From the NCBI GenBank assembly GCA_036734385.1, contig DAIMYQ010000004.1:24375-88374 (forward strand): a stretch of 64,000 bases of DNA. The letters run 5' to 3'. Numbering within the stretch: position 1 is the stretch's first letter; every line of letters begins with the position of its first letter. Source of the DNA: Paludibacteraceae bacterium. Lineage in GTDB: Bacteria > Bacteroidota > Bacteroidia > Bacteroidales > Paludibacteraceae. Below, in pieces: positions 28,368 through 35,376 of this stretch. The translations under genes were made by a program, and so were the position numbers. The notes beneath the pieces are model-generated. The model saw only the letters and a list, made by a program, of their open reading frames with translations. It was not told where the DNA came from and searched no databases.

Positions 28368-29906
28368 TTATAATGCTATTTGATTACTCATTAAGTATGT
28401 TTTGATTCTCTCAATGTCTTTGTACTTAGGAGTGTCTTCGACAAAAACCGGCACCAACGCACGCAATTTTTCGTACACCGTTTTTGTTTGTGAAGCCATC
28501 TTCTTTTGTACGGAAATATTGTCAATTCCTTGAATTAGTGCAATATAATAAATAGAAAGCACTTCATATGAATTCTCAATTATTTTACGAGTGATAAGGG
28601 CCGAATTGGTTCCCATGCTCACAATATCCTGGTTCTCATTGTTGTTCGGAATGCTATGAACATAATTTGGAAACGATAACGTTTGGCATTCTGCCGTGGT
28701 AGACGTTGCGGTAAACTGAACACCTTGCATACCAAGATTTAATCCTAAAACACCAAGATTGACAAATGGAGCAAATTTTTCGTTTAGTTGAGCATTTAAT
28801 ACAAAATTCAATTGACGCTCAATAAGCATTGTCATTTTGGTAACAACAATTTTTAACTTGTCCATTTCCAATGAAATATAATCACCATGAAAATTTCCAC
28901 CATGGTATACATTTTGCGTCTCGACATCCACAATAGGATTGTCATTGGCAGAATTAACTTCTTCTATTACAATTTGTTCAGTGTTTTTGATAGTATCATA
29001 GATTGGACCAAGCACTTGAGGAACACATCGTAAAGAATAATACTCTTGAACTTTTTCTTTAATTACCTTTTCCGTTACTTTTCGGGTATATAAATAGTCT
29101 TTACGCTTCTTGATTAATGAACTGTCTTTAAGAATTGCACGCATTTTGTCAGCCACTTTATTTTGACCTTCGTGGGCTTTTACTGAATTTAACTCTTTAG
29201 AAAATCCATCGTCGTAAGAATCAACTAATTCATTGATGATAGACGATGCCATTAACGACCAATTAAAAAGGTTTTTTGCATATAAAAGATTCACAATGGC
29301 AATTCCTGTCATCATAGAGGTTCCGTTTATTAACGAAAGACCTTCTCGGATGTAAATAGTAATGGGTTTTAAGTTACAGGCTTTCATTGCTACTTCTGTC
29401 GGAACAACTTCTCCTTTGAAGTATACTTCTCCTTCGCCGATTAAAGATAACGCTAAATGAGAAAGTTGAACCAAATCGCCACTGGCTCCTACGCCACCAT
29501 GTTCATAGATTACAGGGGTTATATTATTATTAATAAAGTCTTTTAATAAAATGGCACTTTCAGAATGAATTCCTGATTTCGCTTGTAAGATATTAATTAA
29601 TCGGCAAATCATTGCCGCCTTGACATATAATGGAGGAATGTGGTTTCCAACGCCGGAGCTATGACTTCTTATCAGATTATATTGTAATTGTTTTCTGTCT
29701 TTATCAGAGATTCTGTGTTGGGCCATTGGACCGAAACCGGTAGTTATTCCGTAGATTACTTTTCCTTCGGCAAATTCTTCTAAGAAATTAAAACATTGTT
29801 GAACTTTGTCTATACTTTCCCGTGTTAATGATATTTTTTCATCGTTAAATAAAACATCATAAAAAAAATCTAATGAAAGATTTTCATTCCCAATTTCTCG
29901 TTCCAT
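28368..29906 (-). CDS. MIO-dependent aromatic amino acid ammonia-lyase (HAL/PAL/TAL family); context suggests tyrosine ammonia-lyase
   Basis: GGVGASGDLVQLSH carries the Ala-Ser-Gly MIO triad (nt 29478-29486). 512 aa. It is the first gene of the polyene operon, as in flexirubin clusters. Confidence 0.9.
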   Translation of the reverse strand: MEREIGNENLSLDFFYDVLFNDEKISLTRESIDKVQQCFNFLEEFAEGKVIYGITTGFGPMAQHRISDKDRKQLQYNLIRSHSSGVGNHIPPLYVKAAMICRLINILQAKSGIHSESAILLKDFINNNITPVIYEHGGVGASGDLVQLSHLALSLIGEGEVYFKGEVVPTEVAMKACNLKPITIYIREGLSLINGTSMMTGIAIVNLLYAKNLFNWSLMASSIINELVDSYDDGFSKELNSVKAHEGQNKVADKMRAILKDSSLIKKRKDYLYTRKVTEKVIKEKVQEYYSLRCVPQVLGPIYDTIKNTEQIVIEEVNSANDNPIVDVETQNVYHGGNFHGDYISLEMDKLKIVVTKMTMLIERQLNFVLNAQLNEKFAPFVNLGVLGLNLGMQGVQFTATSTTAECQTLSFPNYVHSIPNNNENQDIVSMGTNSALITRKIIENSYEVLSIYYIALIQGIDNISVQKKMASQTKTVYEKLRALVPVFVEDTPKYKDIERIKTYLMSNQIAL

Positions 29907-30180
29907 AATTATTAAATCTTTATAGAGTACGCTTTCGCATATATGTTGGTCGATAGTGTTTTCACTATCTCTTTTTCAGCAAGTTTAGATATTTTTTAAA
30001 TTTTATTAACTTTCCTCTTTTAATTAGAAGGGAATAAACTAATATTTCTCAATCAATAAAAATTAAATTGCAGATAACTAATAAGTTATGTACAATTCTC
30101 ATTGACAATACACGAATCTCTATCATTTTTGACGAAATAGCCGGTAGAATCTTGGTAACAAAATTTCCGCATATAGCACG

Positions 30181-30188
30181 CAAAAGTA
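30181..30188 (-). promoter_or_regulatory. Candidate -7 box (TACTTTTG) for the polyene operon
   Basis: This is the only TAnnTTTG match on the minus strand between the ammonia-lyase ATG (29906) and tRNA-Leu. It lies 275 nt upstream of the ATG, which implies a long leader. Confidence 0.4.
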
Positions 30189-30340
30189 GTCATTTAATCT
30201 GAATTTTAGTTAATTTTTATTAGAAAAAGCACCCAACCATTCGAGTAGGACTTGCTATTTATGTGATAAAATGTGGAAGACTTTTTGTCAAAATTGATCC
30301 GAATAAATATTTTGGAATTGATGGAAGGGAAGTGCCATAT

Positions 30341-30388
30341 GGTATAAAAATAAAAGGCTAAAAACCTGTTATAGTTTCTAGCCTTTTT
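30341..30388 (-). terminator. Rho-independent terminator downstream of the tRNA pair
   Basis: 9-bp stem AAAAGGCTA (30352-30360) / TAGCCTTTT (30379-30387) with an 18-nt loop. On the minus strand it is followed by TTTTATTTTTAT. Confidence 0.5.
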
Positions 30389-30390
30389 AG

Positions 30391-30475
30391 TACTCCGGGC
30401 GGGACTTGAACCCGCACAATCGCAATGATTACAGGATTTTAAGTCCTGCGTGTCTACCAATTCCACCACCAGAGC
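30391..30475 (-). tRNA. tRNA-Leu (anticodon UAA)
   Basis: The reverse complement folds as GCTCTGG-TG-GTGGAATTGGTAGACAC-G-CAGGA-CTTAAAA-TCCTG-(long variable arm AATC/GATT)-GCGGG-TTCAAGT-CCCGC-CCGGAGT-A. No CCA is encoded. Confidence 0.9.
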
Positions 30476-30483
30476 AACAAAAG

Positions 30484-30556
30484 AGCGAAAAACGGGACTC
30501 GAACCCGCGACCCTAACCTTGGCAAGGTTATGCTCTACCAACTGAGCTATTTTCGC
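30484..30556 (-). tRNA. tRNA-Gly (anticodon GCC)
   Basis: The reverse complement is GCGAAAATAGCTCAGTTGGTAGAGCATAACCTTGCCAAGGTTAGGGTCGCGGGTTCGAGTCCCGTTTTTCGCT. It has a cloverleaf with anticodon loop TTGCCAA and a TTCGAGT T-loop. Confidence 0.9.
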
Positions 30557-30637
30557 AAAATGTTTTTGTTTTTCAAAGGAACTTCTTCCCATTGAAAGGC
30601 TTTGCAATGTCTTTTTACAAGACTTTCAAATAGGCTG

Positions 30638-30645
30638 CAAATATA
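30638..30645 (-). promoter_or_regulatory. Candidate -7 box (TATATTTG) for the tRNA-Gly/tRNA-Leu transcript
   Basis: Plus strand CAAATATA is minus-strand TATATTTG, 82 nt upstream of the tRNA-Gly 5' end. Confidence 0.45.
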
Positions 30646-30706
30646 CAGAGTTTTTTTTTTCTGTGCAATATGGAAGGCTAAAAATCAGTTTTTTGTCTTT
30701 CTATTT

Positions 30707-31291
30707 TTACCGTCTCCCTAAATCTGAGTGTTTCAATTGTTCCGCAATTTCTTCCAATTCAGCATACCATTCCTCCCCAAAACGTCGAATAAGAGGTTCT
30801 TTCAGAAATTTATAAACAGGAAGTTTTGCTTTTTTACCACAATAGCAAGCTTCTTTGCAAACATCCCATTTGTGGTAGCTTACTGCCGTAAAACGGTTGA
30901 ATTTTTGCAATCGGATAGGGTATAGATGACAAGAAATGGGTTTCTTGAAGTCGATTTTGCCTTCTCGATACGCTTTTTCAATGGCACATTTCCATATCCC
31001 TTCTTCTTCGTAGGTGAACACACACTCTTTATCATCCACAATGGATGTTACCATTTCTCCCTCTTCATCTTCGTATGCAACACCTTGTTGCTCAATTATT
31101 TTTTTAGATTTGTCCGACAAATCACCCCAAATAATCGGTAAAATTTTCTCTAAGAAAGAGACTTCTTCCGTCGTTAGAGGGGCTCCGCTGTCACCTTCCA
31201 CACAACAAATGCCTTTACATGAAGCTATATCACACAAGAAACATTCTTCTATAACATCAAAACTGACTATTTCATTTCCTATTTCAATCAT
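30707..31291 (-). CDS. Cys-rich DUF3109-like protein
   Basis: 194 aa with CFLCDIASCKGICCVEGD and further conserved Cys residues, a pattern I associate with Bacteroidota DUF3109 proteins. Confidence 0.5.
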   Translation of the reverse strand: MIEIGNEIVSFDVIEECFLCDIASCKGICCVEGDSGAPLTTEEVSFLEKILPIIWGDLSDKSKKIIEQQGVAYEDEEGEMVTSIVDDKECVFTYEEEGIWKCAIEKAYREGKIDFKKPISCHLYPIRLQKFNRFTAVSYHKWDVCKEACYCGKKAKLPVYKFLKEPLIRRFGEEWYAELEEIAEQLKHSDLGRR

Positions 31292-31315
31292 TAACTCATT
31301 GTTTCTTTTTCTTGA

Positions 31316-31852
31316 TTACCAATATTGATAGCTATCGTAGTCAATTTCCGGTGCTTTCTTTACAATCTTCTTTTTATTGAAACTCACAGGAGCTACATAA
31401 GCTATTTTTACTCGGTAACCATCGAGGGTCGCAGGTTTGAAAACAGGAAAATTTTCTATTATTCGTTTGGCTTCTGCATCTTGTTCTTCTGAGAGGGATT
31501 GAACTATTTCAATACGACCGACTCTTCCACATCTGTCCACCACAAACTGAACTTTTACTATACCCGTTACCAACAAGGATTCTCCTTTTTCGTCAACTTC
31601 TCCGCTATACACTTCCGGATATTCTATTGTTCGAGCAATGTATCGAGACATTTGTACATCACCTCCACCAGGGAAAATCGCGTCTTGTATTCCTGACGGA
31701 TATTCACCGTAAGAACCTCCATAAATCGTCGATTCTTCGTTATCTATGCAATCCGGATACAAATTAGCATATTCAAGTAAATAATCTCCTTGACCAAATA
31801 CAGTTGCAGTAGCAAGAAGAATTGTCCCCAACAGAATAATTATTTTTCTCAT
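31316..31852 (-). CDS. Secreted TonB C-terminal-domain-like protein
   Basis: Signal peptide, then a ~80-aa region (GIVKVQFVVDRCGRVGRIEIVQS...FKPATLDGYRV) resembling TonB_C. Confidence 0.5.
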   Translation of the reverse strand: MRKIIILLGTILLATATVFGQGDYLLEYANLYPDCIDNEESTIYGGSYGEYPSGIQDAIFPGGGDVQMSRYIARTIEYPEVYSGEVDEKGESLLVTGIVKVQFVVDRCGRVGRIEIVQSLSEEQDAEAKRIIENFPVFKPATLDGYRVKIAYVAPVSFNKKKIVKKAPEIDYDSYQYW

Positions 31853-33072
31853 ATTGTATCTTGTTTTGAAAGTGTTCGAGCAGGATAAATTGCCGCCAAG
31901 AATCCAAGGCTAAGAACTGTTATAGCTATAATTAGAATGTCAAACCATTCTATTTGAACAGGATAAGCATTGACGATATAAGCACCACTTTCACCTCCTA
32001 AAGAAATCAGTCCGAATTCCATTTGTAAATAGCATAGTATTAACCCTAAAATAATGCCTATTATTACCCCTATGATTGAAATCATCCAACCTTCAAATAG
32101 AAATATTTTAAAAATAAGATTACGGCTGGCTCCCATATTTTCCAAAATAATAATATCTTTTTTCTTTTCAATAATCAGCATGGATAATGAACCGATTACG
32201 TTAAAAATAGCAATTAACAAAATAAAGGAAAGGATGAGATATGTTATCCATTTTTCGACTTTTGTCATCCTAAAAAAATCCTCTTGTTGTTCATATTTAT
32301 TTTTTACAGAGAAATTTTTCCCCAGTATTTTTTGTATTTTTTGCTGAACGACTTTTCCATCAGTTCCTTTTGCTAATTTGAGCTCTATAGAAGTTACTTC
32401 ATTATTGTATTCAAATAGTTTTCTTGCCAATGAAAGTCGCACAAGAAGTAAATTAGAATCGTATTTAGCTTGTTGCACCATAAAAATACCCGATAAGAAA
32501 AGGTATTGCTTGTTAAATGCTTCATCGGGACGGATAATACTAATTGAACTATTTCTTTTGGGTGCGTATAATTGCAGGGGTTCTACAAATCTTACTCCAC
32601 AGCCTAACGTTTGTGCCAGCCCAATTCCTGCTACACCCATATCAAAAACTCCATCCGTCAGTTTGAAACTGCCATCCATCATAATCTTGTCAATATCGCT
32701 AATTTGTCCGTAGTTTTCCGAAACACCCTTTACGATAACGGGAGTTTGTTTGTCCGAAAACATAAGTAGGGCATTTTCTTGCAGTACTTCACCAAAAAAG
32801 GCTACTTCGGGCATTTTTTTTATTCTTTGTATTTCAGGTAGTTGCGTATCGAAAGTTTTCCCTTGATTGAGGGTTATTTTAATTGGGGGGTCAAAATTAC
32901 TAAACAAATTTTCGACCAATCCTTGAAATCCGTTAAAAACAGACAACACACACACCAATGCAATAGTCCCTACCGCAACTCCACACGCCGAAATAATAGA
33001 GACGATATTGATGGCATTGTGTGATTTTTTAGAAAACAAGTACCGTTTTGCTATGTATAAGGAAAGATTCAC
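31849..33072 (-). CDS. FtsX-like ABC transporter permease, LolC/LolE family
   Basis: 407 aa with one N-terminal TM, a large periplasmic loop and three C-terminal TM helices. The start MNLSLYIAKRYLFSKK is typical of LolE. Confidence 0.8.
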   Translation of the reverse strand: MNLSLYIAKRYLFSKKSHNAINIVSIISACGVAVGTIALVCVLSVFNGFQGLVENLFSNFDPPIKITLNQGKTFDTQLPEIQRIKKMPEVAFFGEVLQENALLMFSDKQTPVIVKGVSENYGQISDIDKIMMDGSFKLTDGVFDMGVAGIGLAQTLGCGVRFVEPLQLYAPKRNSSISIIRPDEAFNKQYLFLSGIFMVQQAKYDSNLLLVRLSLARKLFEYNNEVTSIELKLAKGTDGKVVQQKIQKILGKNFSVKNKYEQQEDFFRMTKVEKWITYLILSFILLIAIFNVIGSLSMLIIEKKKDIIILENMGASRNLIFKIFLFEGWMISIIGVIIGIILGLILCYLQMEFGLISLGGESGAYIVNAYPVQIEWFDILIIAITVLSLGFLAAIYPARTLSKQDTI

Positions 33073-33087
33073 GAGAATGTAGAAGTT

Positions 33088-33423
33088 TTATTCTAGTAAT
33101 TTGTCAATTTTTTCGATATAATCTAGAGAATCATCTATGTAGAAATTTAAATCAGGTACTGTTCTAAGCTGAAATCGGGTACGTGTTGCAATTCGATGTT
33201 TGATTGTTTGACTTCTGCTCTTGACAAATTCAAGCATCTCTGTGGTCTTTTCTGTCGGAAAGATACTCATATACACTCTTGCAATACTCAAATCAGGGCT
33301 AACACGTACAATAGTGGGTGTTAGTAAGATACCATTGTTCATTTCTCTTGTTATTTCAAGAAAGATTTCACTGATTTCTTTTTGAATTAAGCGAGCTATT
33401 TTATTTTGTCTTGTTGTTTCCAT
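33088..33423 (-). CDS. rbfA: Ribosome-binding factor A
   Basis: 111 aa with RQNKIARLIQKEISEIF and ...VRVSPDLSIARVY, typical of RbfA. Confidence 0.85.
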   Translation of the reverse strand: METTRQNKIARLIQKEISEIFLEITREMNNGILLTPTIVRVSPDLSIARVYMSIFPTEKTTEMLEFVKSRSQTIKHRIATRTRFQLRTVPDLNFYIDDSLDYIEKIDKLLE

Positions 33424-33445
33424 TAGAATTTTCTTATGTTTCGTG

Positions 33446-33453
33446 CAAATATA
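33446..33453 (-). promoter_or_regulatory. Candidate -7 box (TATATTTG) for the rbfA operon
   Basis: TAnnTTTG match on the minus strand 23 nt upstream of the rbfA ATG. Confidence 0.5.
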
Positions 33454-33454
33454 T

Positions 33455-34087
33455 CTATTTTTTCCGTATCAGGGTTAATCCGTCACGCAGGGGAAGTATT
33501 ATTTTTTCCACTCGTTCGTCTTGGCATACATAATCGTTAAAATGTAGTATGCCTTGAGTTTGTTTATCATTTGGTTGTACGGTTTCTACCACTTTGCCAT
33601 CCCATAAGGTATTATCTGCCAGAATAAAACCTCCTTTGTTGACTTTCTCGAAAATCGCATCATAATATGCTCTATAATCTCTCTTATCAGCATCAATAAA
33701 AACCAGATCGAATGTTTCGTTCAAAGTAGGCAGAACCTCCAACACATCTCCGATTATTTGATTTATTCTCTTAGCTAATGGCGATTTTGAAATAAAAGAT
33801 TGTGCGAAATCCTCCATTTCGTCATCTATTTCTATGGTATATAATAAACCTTCTTCATTTAGTCCTTCTGCTAAACAAATGGCTGAATATCCTGCAAATG
33901 TGCCGATTTCCAATATGCGTTTTGGGGCGATCATTTTCGAAATCATACTTAGCACTCGCCCTTGTATATGACCTGAAATCATCCGAGGGCGGAGGAGTTT
34001 TACATTGGCTTCACGAGCCAATTCTTTCAGCAAATCACTTTCAGGGTCAGAATGTTGTATAATATAATTTTCTAGTACTTGATTCAT
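33455..34087 (-). CDS. Class I SAM-dependent O-methyltransferase (family 3, caffeoyl-CoA OMT-like)
   Basis: ILEIGTFAGYSAI (motif I), FDLVFIDADK and DNTLW motifs. Confidence 0.8.
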   Translation of the reverse strand: MNQVLENYIIQHSDPESDLLKELAREANVKLLRPRMISGHIQGRVLSMISKMIAPKRILEIGTFAGYSAICLAEGLNEEGLLYTIEIDDEMEDFAQSFISKSPLAKRINQIIGDVLEVLPTLNETFDLVFIDADKRDYRAYYDAIFEKVNKGGFILADNTLWDGKVVETVQPNDKQTQGILHFNDYVCQDERVEKIILPLRDGLTLIRKK

Positions 34088-34091
34088 CCGA

Positions 34092-35312
34092 CTAAAAGAA
34101 ATGTAAGTGAGTAAATTTGTCCTCGCAAAAAACAGTGTTTGCTAAGGATAATATTTCATCGGAAGAAACAGACATAATTTTTTTTTCGATTTCTTCTTTC
34201 GTCTCTATGTCATTGAAAACAGAATAATTTTTTGCCGTATTAATAATCCAGCTTTCCTTGTTTTCTCCAGCAATAGTCATTTGGGAGAGTAATTGCCTTT
34301 TTGCTTGTACTAATTTCTTTTCGGAGAGTTTTGTGTCTTTTAATATGTTGAGTTCTTTGCTGATAAGTCGTAAAGCTTTTTTTACATCTTCATGGTCTGT
34401 CCCAAAATAAATATTCCATTCACCGGTATCAGAAAATGGGGAGAATTGCGATTCTATAGTATAAACCAAGCCATTACGTTCTCTCAAAGACATGTTTAGT
34501 CGGCTATTCATACCTTGTCCTCCCAAAATATTGTTTAGCAGATAAAATCCAAAGCGTTCTTTATCGTGGATACAAAAGGCTCTATTTCCCAAAACATAGT
34601 GAGTTTGCAACGTTTTCTTATTTTTTTCTATTATTCTTGGTGAATAGTTTATCGGAACTGTTCGTTCAAAATTCCTCTTGCTTTGGGGAATTTTCGATAA
34701 GTGCTTTTCAGCCAACCGAATTATTTTATCGAAAGGAAAATTGCCTAACGAAAAGAAAACAATCTGATCTGTTGTATAAGTTCTTTTTACGAAATCTTTT
34801 AGGTTTTCTGATGTAACTGTTTTTAATGTTTGTTCATTTCCTAAAATATTTCTTCCAATAGAATGATTATTAAATAATTCGTCTTCAAAATCATCAATAA
34901 TTAGTTCTGCAGGACTATCCAAATATGAGTGTATTTCGTCAATGACAACATCTATTTCTTTTTGCAGTTCATTGTCGTTAAATATAGAATCAAATAAAAT
35001 ATCGCTAATTAATTCAAAAACTCTTCCGATATATTTTTTTAGAAATACAGAATAAATTACTGTTTCCTCTTTTGCTGTATAGGCATTAAGATCTCCTCCT
35101 ACATCTTCTATTCTATTAATTATTTGAGTGCTATTTCTTTTGGAAGTTCCTTTGAATAGCATATGTTCTGTTAGATGAGCTAAACCGCTTTCATTGGTTA
35201 ACTCATCCCTTGTTCCGGTATTTATAATTGCACCTAAATAGGCAACATCAGATTTATCCGGAACATGTACTAATCGAATATTATTCGGAAGAGTATGTGT
35301 TTCTATTTTCAT
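34092..35312 (-). CDS. M16 (pitrilysin/insulinase) family peptidase
   Basis: Inverted zinc motif HLTEH in GLAHLTEHMLFKG. 406 aa. Confidence 0.85.
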   Translation of the reverse strand: MKIETHTLPNNIRLVHVPDKSDVAYLGAIINTGTRDELTNESGLAHLTEHMLFKGTSKRNSTQIINRIEDVGGDLNAYTAKEETVIYSVFLKKYIGRVFELISDILFDSIFNDNELQKEIDVVIDEIHSYLDSPAELIIDDFEDELFNNHSIGRNILGNEQTLKTVTSENLKDFVKRTYTTDQIVFFSLGNFPFDKIIRLAEKHLSKIPQSKRNFERTVPINYSPRIIEKNKKTLQTHYVLGNRAFCIHDKERFGFYLLNNILGGQGMNSRLNMSLRERNGLVYTIESQFSPFSDTGEWNIYFGTDHEDVKKALRLISKELNILKDTKLSEKKLVQAKRQLLSQMTIAGENKESWIINTAKNYSVFNDIETKEEIEKKIMSVSSDEILSLANTVFCEDKFTHLHFF

Positions 35313-35321
35313 ATTATAGCA

Positions 35322-35356
35322 AAAAAAGGATAGCCTTCTAAAAGCTATCCTTTTGT
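35322..35356 (-). terminator. Rho-independent terminator after the GldJ-like gene
   Basis: Stem AAAGGATAGC (35326-35335) / GCTATCCTTT (35345-35354). On the minus strand it is followed by a T7 run. Confidence 0.65.
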
Positions 35357-35376
35357 ATATTTAGTTTGAAGGTCTA

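Noticed and set aside
28368-29906. Calling the ammonia-lyase a catabolic histidase (hutH)
   Set aside because: No hutU, hutI or hutG genes are nearby. The gene is 1 nt from fabG and heads the polyene operon. The HAL-like Ser-His dipeptide is kept as a finding rather than used for the call.
2030-30475. Hypothesis that the pigment cluster is a tRNA-integrated genomic island, since the tRNA-Leu 3' end faces the cluster
   Set aside because: I found no integrase, transposase or excisionase. No direct repeat of the tRNA-Leu 3' end (TACTCCGGGCGGGACTTGAACCC) occurs near the far border at 2030-2530; the only match is a 7-nt ACTTGAA, which is chance level. The hypothesis remains untested by composition analysis, which I cannot compute reliably by eye.
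30206-30607. 133-aa minus-strand ORF from the track (MQSLSMGRSS...AQLVEHNLAKVRVAGSSPV...)
   Set aside because: It is simply a read-through of the tRNA-Gly and tRNA-Leu genes. AQLVEH and AGSSP are classic tRNA translation artefacts, and the remainder is AT-rich intergenic sequence.
30651-30660. T10 homopolymer as a possible phase-variation tract
   Set aside because: It is intergenic, between the DUF3109-like stop and the tRNA promoter. It is not within a coding region or between -33 and -7 promoter elements. Only a weak 4-bp flanking stem is present, so I saw no functional signal.
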